A DNA stretch of 44,857 nucleotides from a virus, in the IMG/VR virus record IMGVR_UViG_3300009012_000003, positions 1 to 44,857 of that record; one strand, 5' to 3'. Positions within the stretch are counted from its first letter, which is position 1; every line of letters begins with the position of its first letter. Positions 15,802 to 22,298 of this stretch are shown piece after piece. The notes beneath the pieces were generated by a model. It was not told where the DNA came from, ran no database searches, and saw only the letters and a list, made by a program, of their open reading frames with translations. A program made the translations under genes and the position numbers.

Positions 15802-16068
15802 TCACACCATGAGGGCGTGACTCAGCAGCAGCAGCCGCCGCGATGCGTACGCCCACGCTGTGACCTGCTCTGCCGAGTTCGGCTCCATCGCCGGGACCTG
15901 TCCGGCGCGTTTCTCGCAGCACACTGCGAGCGTGACGATAATTCTGCGAAGCCCGTGCGCATCAACCAGCGCTGCGAGCGCCGCGGCGTCCGGCGCGGGC
16001 TGCGGCGGCCGCGCGAGCGCCCGCACAACCGCTTGCGCCAGCTCCTGATCGTGCGTTAGGCTTTCCAT
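15802..16068 (-). CDS. Hypothetical small protein (88 aa)
   Basis: ATG 16068 (MESLTHDQ). LAVCCEKRAG...W motif. Confidence 0.5.
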   Translation of the reverse strand: MESLTHDQELAQAVVRALARPPQPAPDAAALAALVDAHGLRRIIVTLAVCCEKRAGQVPAMEPNSAEQVTAWAYASRRLLLLSHALMV

Positions 16069-16331
16069 ATGCACCGCTCGAATGGCTGGTCCGAGTCGAT
16101 CAGACCATCTCGATGTGCGCGGCGGAACATCTCGACGTTCGCGTCGGTCGGCTGGATCTCTTCGCAGTCGCCCGATGTGGGGATCTGCCACGGCTGCAAC
16201 GCTGGCGCGTCTAACGTGGCTTGCGCGTTGGTGTTCGGCGGTTCAGACTGCTCGATGGCGCTGGCGCGTGTGCGTGGCGCCGCAGGCGCAGGAAAGTTAG
16301 CTTCCCAGCCCGGCAACGGCTTGGCGTGCAT
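16056..16331 (-). CDS. First gene of the leftward arm; acidic 91-aa protein
   Basis: ATG 16331 is preceded by GGGAGCGAACGTC. Net-acidic composition. Confidence 0.5.
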   Translation of the reverse strand: MHAKPLPGWEANFPAPAAPRTRASAIEQSEPPNTNAQATLDAPALQPWQIPTSGDCEEIQPTDANVEMFRRAHRDGLIDSDQPFERCIWKA

Positions 16332-16419
16332 GACGTTCGCTCCCGTAGCGCGGTCGCTGCCGACCCGAGGCGGGCGCCTCTGCGATCTTGCGAGCGAGTC
16401 CATCCGCGTTACTGCGGGT

Positions 16420-16448
16420 AAGGTAGTACACTTCCTGGGCGCTGTCAA
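16420..16448 (-). promoter_or_regulatory. Candidate sigma70-type leftward early promoter
   Basis: On the minus strand: TTGACA (16448-16443), 17-nt spacer, TACCTT (16425-16420). About 85 nt upstream of ATG 16331. Confidence 0.4.
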
Positions 16449-16500
16449 GCGGTTTCTGCGTGCGACAGTGAGATAGTTCGCTAGTCTCGCCGTGGTCCCG

Positions 16501-16518
16501 GTGTAGATATATCGACAC
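16501..16518. promoter_or_regulatory. Operator-like 18-bp near-palindrome GTGTAGATATATCGACAC
   Basis: 8 of 9 symmetric pairs with an AT-rich centre. Lies between the divergent promoter candidates. A second palindrome, GTTTCACGTGGAAC, sits at 16544-16557. Confidence 0.35.
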
Positions 16519-16726
16519 TTCCGCGGTGCCCGCGTGTGCGCATGTTTCACGTGGAACACCGCTCGCGCGATACCGTAACCGCTTGCGCCGCAACGGCTTG
16601 CGCAGTCGCCGCAGCGCTTGCGCCGTCCCCGGGTGTCCCCCAACGGCGCGCGCGAGTACTGGTACTTAGTCCCCCACACACCCGCCAGACGCTAGCTCAA
16701 TTTACAAACCCGGGACAAAATTTCCC

Positions 16727-16754
16727 TTGACGCGCGGCCAGCGCGCGTGATACT
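16727..16754 (+). promoter_or_regulatory. Candidate sigma70-type rightward promoter P1
   Basis: TTGACG (16727-16732), 16-nt spacer, GATACT (16749-16754). An A/T-rich UP-like stretch (ACAAAATTT) lies just upstream. Confidence 0.45.
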
Positions 16755-16909
16755 ACGCATAATGCCCCCGGAGGGGTATGCGCCCGGCGCGCTGTGCACG
16801 AACCTCAGCGTATACTGCGCTTCATACTGGGCTCCGGAGGGAGTGCACGCCGCGGCAGCACGAACCGCCGCGCGCCGACCACACCGGCACCACGTGCGCG
16901 TGATCGTCC

Positions 16910-16940
16910 TTGACGCAGCGTGGGGCGAACGCAGTATCAT
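16910..16940 (+). promoter_or_regulatory. Candidate rightward promoter P2 (long spacer)
   Basis: TTGACG (16910-16915), 19-nt spacer, TATCAT (16935-16940). Confidence 0.25.
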
Positions 16941-16979
16941 GCGCGGCACCTCCGGTGTCCCCCGGCGGCGCGGTACGCG

Positions 16980-17030
16980 AGCGGTGGCACGAGCGCAATT
17001 GGGAAGCGCGGTGCCACCGCTTCGTTGTGC
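16980..17030 (+). terminator. 11-bp GC-rich stem-loop followed by a U-containing tail (terminator-like, plus strand only)
   Basis: AGCGGTGGCAC (16980-16990) pairs with GTGCCACCGCT (17011-17021), then TCGTTGTG follows. The minus-strand version has no T tail. Confidence 0.3.
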
Positions 17031-17098
17031 GCACCGGCGTTGCGCGCCCGCAGTGGCAGCAACGATTGCGTCCGCTGCTGGCGCGGCTTGCGCACATG

Positions 17099-17128
17099 TT
17101 GACAGCACGCGGCACCGGCGTGCATCGT
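17099..17128 (+). promoter_or_regulatory. Candidate rightward promoter P3 (weak -10)
   Basis: TTGACA (17099-17104), 18-nt spacer, CATCGT. The hairpin GGGTGCA-ccgc-TGCACCC at 17132-17149 follows. Confidence 0.2.
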
Positions 17129-17266
17129 AGTGGGTGCACCGCTGCACCCGGCGCCAGTCGCGTGCGCGGGGCTGTTCGCTACGCTCGGCGTCGTGTGAGT
17201 TCGTCCGCGGCGCCGAGCACCCGTCGCGCAGCGCGCTGCGCACCCCACCACGCGAGGACCCCGCGG

Positions 17267-17554
17267 GTGCCGCCCGAACCTATCGCTGCGAGCGCGCGCG
17301 AGCGTGAAGCCGCCCTGAAGCCCATCATTGAGACCTGCGCGGAAGTGCGCATCGTGCTCGGCGCCGCTGGGCTTGTCATCACGAGCGCGAGCGGCGCGGG
17401 CGGTGTCCTCACGCTCGACGTGGACAACGCACGCCAGCTCGTGGGTGCGCTGGCGCGCGCATTGGCGCGCTACGACGGAGCGCGCAAGCGCAGCGCGTAC
17501 GCGCGGCGCAGCTGGCTTGCGCGGCACCCGAGCGGTGCGGTCGATGGTGCGTAG
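17267..17554 (+). CDS. Possible first rightward gene (95 aa), hypothetical
   Basis: GTG 17267 with GAGGA 7 nt upstream. Only the C-terminal part of track ORF 16910..17554 looks protein-like. Confidence 0.35.
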   Translation: MPPEPIAASAREREAALKPIIETCAEVRIVLGAAGLVITSASGAGGVLTLDVDNARQLVGALARALARYDGARKRSAYARRSWLARHPSGAVDGA

Positions 17555-17754
17555 CGCGTGGGTGCGCCCCGAGACGCGAACGATCCCGCGGTGCGGCCCC
17601 GCGGCCGGGCGCGTCGGAGGGCGCACATTTTCGCTGCCGCGAAAATAGCGTTCGCGCCACCCGCGCTGCGCAACGCAGTTCGTGTCGGTGGCGCGAAATC
17701 AGTTGACACGCGCACCGCGCGTGCGCACGCTCGCGCACGTGATTGACGACCCCC

Positions 17755-17818
17755 ACGATACGCGCACTGACGAGGCGGATGGCGACATGCGCGCACCCGA
17801 CGATACGCGTACTGACGA
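17755..17818 (+). repeat. Two 19-nt direct repeats ACGATACGCG(C/T)ACTGACGA, 45 bp apart
   Basis: Copies at 17755-17773 and 17800-17818, 18/19 identical. They lie at the 5' end of the gene preceding the terminase block. Confidence 0.8.
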
Positions 17819-18485
17819 CTCGCTCGATGCGCTCGACAAGGCGCTCGCAGGCGCGGCGACGCGCCTGCCCGGCCGCCCGCGCGGTAGCAAGAACAGCTTC
17901 CCCAAGCGCAACGCGCGCCTGTTCCCCCCGCCCTCGCGCACGCGCCCCGAGGCGGTAGACCCGCTGCTCGCAGCCCCGCGCGCCCTCGCCCTGAGTGCCA
18001 TCGCCGATCGCGACGAGCGCGCCCGGCGCCTGACTGAGCTGCTGCGCAGTGACGGTGTCAGCGGGGCCGAGATCGTAGCTGCCGTGCGGCAGCTGGAGAA
18101 CATGCAGGGCACAAGCGCGGGCGGCGCGGACGTGCACCTGACCTACGCCGACCAGTTGGCGCTGCTGGTGCGTCTGCTCGCGAGCGTCCCGCACGGCATG
18201 CTGAGCGAGGCGCTCGCGCGGCTGGGCCGCCGCCGCAGCCAGCAGCAGGTGCGCGTGTCGGCGATGGGGCCACCCACGCTGCCCACGTGGAGCAGCGCCG
18301 ACGCAGTGCCCGTCGCGCCAGCGGTTGAACTGCCGCGCGACGGCGCCGGTGTGGTCGTCCCGGCGGGCCCGGCGGGCCACCCCAAAAACTCCCACCCCAC
18401 CCCCGCCATCAGCACTGCGGTCCCGAGCTTCGAGCCACCCGCCGCGGAGACGATCCATGCCGGAATCGACCCCCGCAGCTGCTGA
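17787..18485 (+). CDS. Hypothetical protein; weak candidate for small terminase / DNA-binding
   Basis: ATG 17787 (alternative GTG 17682). GRPRGSKN AT-hook-like motif. Lies four genes upstream of the large terminase. Confidence 0.45.
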   Translation: MRAPDDTRTDDSLDALDKALAGAATRLPGRPRGSKNSFPKRNARLFPPPSRTRPEAVDPLLAAPRALALSAIADRDERARRLTELLRSDGVSGAEIVAAVRQLENMQGTSAGGADVHLTYADQLALLVRLLASVPHGMLSEALARLGRRRSQQQVRVSAMGPPTLPTWSSADAVPVAPAVELPRDGAGVVVPAGPAGHPKNSHPTPAISTAVPSFEPPAAETIHAGIDPRSC

Positions 18486-18750
18486 CGCAGCTGCGCCAGA
18501 AACCGCAGCGGCGCCTGTCGCGCGGGCGGAACTGGCGCCCGAACCGCTGCCGCCCGCACCCGCCGAGTGCGCGAACTGCCGCGAGCTGCGCCGGCTGCTG
18601 GCACTGATGCGCCAGCGCGTAGACGAAGTCGAGCGCGAGTACGTGCTGCTGCAGCAGCGCGTGGACGCGGTCGTGAATGCACGCCCGCAGATCGAGGTCA
18701 TGAGCGACTTCGACGGCGTGGCGGCGCGCGCACTCAAGTCTGCGCCATGA
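18457..18750 (+). CDS. Hypothetical protein (97 aa), coiled-coil C-terminus
   Basis: ATG 18457 with GGAGA 6 nt upstream. Confidence 0.5.
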   Translation: MPESTPAAADAAAPETAAAPVARAELAPEPLPPAPAECANCRELRRLLALMRQRVDEVEREYVLLQQRVDAVVNARPQIEVMSDFDGVAARALKSAP

Positions 18751-19010
18751 CGCCGCCCGTGCTCTCGCCGCTCGAAACCGCGTGGGACGAGCTGTGGCAT
18801 GCGCTTGTGGCGCTCGATCCCGCTGACCGCAACGCCATTGCCACCGCGATCTACATGTACGTGTGTGCGCTATCGCTCGACATGCGCGCCCGCGTGGACG
18901 CCACGCGCGCTGGCAACCGCGACGACGTGAGCTACGCCGTAATCGACCACCTGCTGACGTGCATGTATCAAGACCACGCGCCGCTCGTGGAGGACCGTGA
19001 TGCCACTTGA
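18747..19010 (+). CDS. Hypothetical protein (87 aa)
   Basis: ATGA overlap with the upstream gene. Begins MTPPVLSPLETAWDELWHAL. Confidence 0.55.
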   Translation: MTPPVLSPLETAWDELWHALVALDPADRNAIATAIYMYVCALSLDMRARVDATRAGNRDDVSYAVIDHLLTCMYQDHAPLVEDRDAT

Positions 19011-19206
19011 GCGCACGCCCCCCAGTGCGCGCAGCAAGCTGCGCAACGAGATCCGCAGTCGCAACGTCAAAGAGCTGGTAGATAGCTACCAGTCGAGCGG
19101 GAAGATCGGGACTTCGACGCCAGCGTCGAAGTCAGCTGCCGTGAAACAGGCCGTCGCGATCAGCTATGCGCAAGAGCGGCGTGGTGGCAAGCGCAAGCGC
19201 AGCTAG
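19000..19206 (+). CDS. Small basic protein (68 aa) with KQAVAISYAQERRGG motif
   Basis: GGAGGA lies 5 nt upstream of ATG 19000. The motif resembles a widespread small basic protein family (recalled, not searched). Confidence 0.5.
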   Translation: MPLERTPPSARSKLRNEIRSRNVKELVDSYQSSGKIGTSTPASKSAAVKQAVAISYAQERRGGKRKRS

Positions 19207-20935
19207 CATCACGTCGGCGCCGCCCAGTGCCCGCACGCTGTGGCCCACGCGCTGGGCACCGGACGTGCTGGAGCTGGACCTGCTGCGTGCAGTCTGCCGC
19301 AGTCACTTCTGGCCCTTCTTCATGCATGCGTGGGGCACGATGCACGGTCCCCATGCGCGCGACTGGTGGATCGACCGCGCCGAGATCGCAGAACCGCTCG
19401 CTGCGTGGTTTGAGACGCAGATCCACGAATGGCAGCAGGCGCGCGCCGCGCACAAGAAAACCCAGCGCCACCTGATGGTGATCGTGGCACGCGAGTTCGG
19501 CAAGACCACACTGATCACGCAGGCGGGTCTGCTGTGGCTGCACCTGCAAGACCCCGACTTGAGCTGCTTCATCGGCAGCGAAAAGGTCGAACTGGCGGCG
19601 GGCATGCTGAGTGCCATCCGCGCCGTCCTGACCGGCACCGACAAGCACGCCCAGTGGACACGCCTCTATGGTGACTGGATCGCGAGCGACGGCATTGCGC
19701 GCAAGACCGCAATCGTGCACACACATCGTTCGACCACGACGCGCAAGGAACCCAGCTTTGGCGTGTGGGGCGTCGAGACGGGCCTGACCGGCAGCCATCC
19801 CGACGTGCTGTGCCTGGACGACCCCAACACCTACGAGCGCGCCGCCGCGGACGTGGGCTGGTACGAGCGCGTGGTGCAGCATTGCGCCTCGCTGACCCCC
19901 GTGGTGCGCGCCGATGGGCTCGTGATCTACGTGGGCACGCCCTACAGCGATGCCGACCACCTGCACAAGACGCTCAAGCGTGACGGCATCGCAACGCTGA
20001 CCGGCATGCCGATGGTTGACTTCCGCCCGCGCGCTGACGGCCGCTGGCACGTGTTTCACCTGCCCGGCCGTGACGCCCGCGGCGCACCCACCGTCCCCAA
20101 CGTGTGGAGCGAGCAACGCATGCAGGAGTTCGAGCACGAGAACACCGACAAGTACAGCGCTCAGATCCTGTTGCGCCCCGACGTGAGCGAGCACAACCCG
20201 CTGACGCTGGAGCAGATCCGCGATTGCCTGGTGGACGTGAAGGACGTGCCGCATGGGATGCTGCGCTACACCGCCCACGTGGACACGGCATTCGTGCAGC
20301 CGGGACGGCTCATGTCAGGCGACGAAACGGTAATCGAGATCTGGGGCCACCTGCGCGATGGCAGCGGTGACGTGATCTACATCGAGGGCTACGGCAGCAA
20401 CCTGTGGCGCGGGGAGGACTTCTACCGCACCGTGGTCAGGCTGCTGGAGCGCTACGAACGGCTCGGGCGCAAGCTCACAGCGATCACCGACGAAGCGATC
20501 CCCGGGCGCCCCGACGAGGTTGCGCGCAGCTACCGCTCGTTCGTCAACGGTAGCAGCTTGAAGCGCACCTGTCCGCAGATCATCGAACTACACCGCGGCG
20601 GCAAAAAGAAGCTGCAGCAGCGCATCATCCCCGCCGCGGCGTTCTGGGCTGACGGCCACGTGAAGCTCACGCGCGACGCCCCTGGCTTGGATCGCCTGAT
20701 GGAGCAGATGTCGCGCATCGGCCGCACCGCCAATGACGACTGGGCTGACGCCGCCGCCGACGTGTTCAACCCCGCGGTGTACCAGCCGCAGCGCAAACTC
20801 GCCCAGCCCGAGACGCCACCGTGGCTCGCATCGCCCCAGGACGTGATACTCAAGGGCACCGCCAACGCCGATGAGCTGCGCGCGCTCTACGACAGCTGGG
20901 TCAAACGCGACGAGGTGAACTTTGAGCCAGTCTGA
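19166..20935 (+). CDS. terL: Terminase large subunit
   Basis: Walker A VAREFGKTT, Walker B DVLCLDDP, VGTPYS coupling motif. C-terminal nuclease-like Asp residues (HVDTAF, DDWADAAAD). Start is uncertain (ATG 19166 or GTG 19265). Confidence 0.85.
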   Translation: MRKSGVVASASAASITSAPPSARTLWPTRWAPDVLELDLLRAVCRSHFWPFFMHAWGTMHGPHARDWWIDRAEIAEPLAAWFETQIHEWQQARAAHKKTQRHLMVIVAREFGKTTLITQAGLLWLHLQDPDLSCFIGSEKVELAAGMLSAIRAVLTGTDKHAQWTRLYGDWIASDGIARKTAIVHTHRSTTTRKEPSFGVWGVETGLTGSHPDVLCLDDPNTYERAAADVGWYERVVQHCASLTPVVRADGLVIYVGTPYSDADHLHKTLKRDGIATLTGMPMVDFRPRADGRWHVFHLPGRDARGAPTVPNVWSEQRMQEFEHENTDKYSAQILLRPDVSEHNPLTLEQIRDCLVDVKDVPHGMLRYTAHVDTAFVQPGRLMSGDETVIEIWGHLRDGSGDVIYIEGYGSNLWRGEDFYRTVVRLLERYERLGRKLTAITDEAIPGRPDEVARSYRSFVNGSSLKRTCPQIIELHRGGKKKLQQRIIPAAAFWADGHVKLTRDAPGLDRLMEQMSRIGRTANDDWADAAADVFNPAVYQPQRKLAQPETPPWLASPQDVILKGTANADELRALYDSWVKRDEVNFEPV

Positions 20936-21257
20936 GCCCGCGGTGCACTGGGATGGCTTTAATGAGCGGTTTGCGCAGGACGCGTACGCGACGCAAATCG
21001 CGGGCGCCATGCAGCAGATCAATCAGCAGCTAGAGCAGTGCGTGTGGGACATCGGATCGCAGCTAGCGCAGCCGCAGCCGCAACCGCCCACGATCTGGGA
21101 CGAACTGTACCCGCGCGCCGGCAGCACAATCACGTTCGTGGACAACGCGCAGTCCACCTTACGCATGCCCATCACGTCCACTCAGATCTACCAGCGCGAC
21201 CTGGGCGTGCTGGAGCTGCTGGACCCGCACGCGGCTGCGCCGCTACCCCGCCCATGA
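20922..21257 (+). CDS. Hypothetical protein (111 aa)
   Basis: TTG 20922 with GAGG 4 nt upstream. Confidence 0.45.
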   Translation: MSQSEPAVHWDGFNERFAQDAYATQIAGAMQQINQQLEQCVWDIGSQLAQPQPQPPTIWDELYPRAGSTITFVDNAQSTLRMPITSTQIYQRDLGVLELLDPHAAAPLPRP

Positions 21258-21496
21258 ACCTGTTCGCGAAGCAGCGCCTAACAACCACCGGCAGCGTGAA
21301 CGTGCCGCTCGTGTGGACGAGCACGAGCGTAACCGGCTTCGCAAGTGCGTTCGCAACTGCGTCTGGGATGAGCACCACCAGTTCTGCGCAGCCCCGCCAG
21401 CTCACGCCCACCGAGCGCGCTCAAGCCGTGCTGTGGCGCACGGTCTACCACGAGCCCACGCCCATAGTCGATGCCGACGAGGACGACGACACATGA
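21254..21496 (+). CDS. Hypothetical protein (80 aa), acidic tail
   Basis: ATGA overlap with the upstream gene. Confidence 0.5.
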   Translation: MNLFAKQRLTTTGSVNVPLVWTSTSVTGFASAFATASGMSTTSSAQPRQLTPTERAQAVLWRTVYHEPTPIVDADEDDDT

Positions 21497-21744
21497 CGCT
21501 AGACCCACCCTACCTGTCGCGCGATCAGCTGGCGGCGCTGACGCAGCGCCACGAACACATGCTCGCGAGCGCCCACGCCAGTGCCACGTTTGGGCGCCTG
21601 CGCTGTGTGCGCTGCGGGCGCGAAGCCGCCCGCATGTGGCTCGTGCGCCACGCGCAACGCATCGGCATGCTGCGCGTGGTGCGCGAGTTCGCGCTGTGCT
21701 GGAACTGCGCCCGCCATTACGCGACGGCAGGGCGGCGCACATGA
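21493..21744 (+). CDS. Small zinc-ribbon protein (83 aa)
   Basis: ATGA overlap. CVRCG...CWNC pairs. Confidence 0.55.
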   Translation: MTLDPPYLSRDQLAALTQRHEHMLASAHASATFGRLRCVRCGREAARMWLVRHAQRIGMLRVVREFALCWNCARHYATAGRRT

Positions 21745-22298
21745 GTCGCGCAGCGTACCTGGTCAGCAACACGGCACCGATCGACCTAGCTGCCGTGCGC
21801 ACCGCCATGCCGCCCCCGGAGGTGCTGGCGTGGTGCGACGGTGACGGCGCCGGCGACTACCAGCCGTTATGGGCACTGACGTGCGCCCTCGCTCCGCGCA
21901 CGATCGTCGAGTTGGGCACGCGTGACGCCCGCAGCACGCGCGTGGTCGCCCACGCCGCACCGCAAGCGGCGTTGACGACCATCGACATCGCAGATTGCAG
22001 CGCCGTCGTCCCCGCGGGCGCCACCTTCGTCCACGCTGACGCCGCCAGCGCGTTTGGCGCTTGGCGCGACCCGATCGACCTGCTGTTCGTGGACACCGAC
22101 CCCCACAGCGCGCTCCAGACCACGGGCTGGCTCAACACGTGGGTCGCGCGGTTCGCTCGCGCCGCCGCATGGCACGACAGCCTGACGACGCCGGTGGGCG
22201 CAGCGCTGGTCACGTGGCTCGCGCACCACCCTGAGTGGTCCGGCGCCGAACTAGGCACAAACCACGGCATGTATCTGATGTGGCGGCACACGCCATGA
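21741..22298 (+). CDS. Class I SAM-dependent methyltransferase (Methyltransf_24/CmcI-like)
   Basis: Motif I IVELGTRDARST, LTTIDI, motif IV DLLFVDTDPH, terminal WHD. ATGA overlaps at both ends. Confidence 0.65.
   Translation: MSRAAYLVSNTAPIDLAAVRTAMPPPEVLAWCDGDGAGDYQPLWALTCALAPRTIVELGTRDARSTRVVAHAAPQAALTTIDIADCSAVVPAGATFVHADAASAFGAWRDPIDLLFVDTDPHSALQTTGWLNTWVARFARAAAWHDSLTTPVGAALVTWLAHHPEWSGAELGTNHGMYLMWRHTP

Noticed and set aside
16581-16623. Three GCTTGCGC copies at 15-20 bp spacing considered as a mini CRISPR-like or iteron array
   Set aside because: The repeats are only 8 bp, irregularly spaced and a common word in this GC-rich genome (also at 17086 and 17513). There are no cas genes. 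This is not a CRISPR array, and iteron status is unsupported.
16777-16911. 44-aa ORF (MRPARCARTSAYTALHTGLRRECTPRQHEPPRADHTGTTCA) following GGAGGGG in the non-coding control region
   Set aside because: The SD-to-ATG spacing is only about 3 nt. The product is Arg/Thr/Ala-rich with no hydrophobic core. It overlaps the next promoter candidate and is more likely leader RNA.
17409-18800. 463-aa minus-strand ORF, the longest ORF in this part of the window
   Set aside because: It is extremely Arg/Ala/Gly/Ser-rich with no motifs and no SD. It lies antisense to a chain of plus-strand genes that have SDs and 4-nt overlaps. This is a typical GC-rich shadow ORF.
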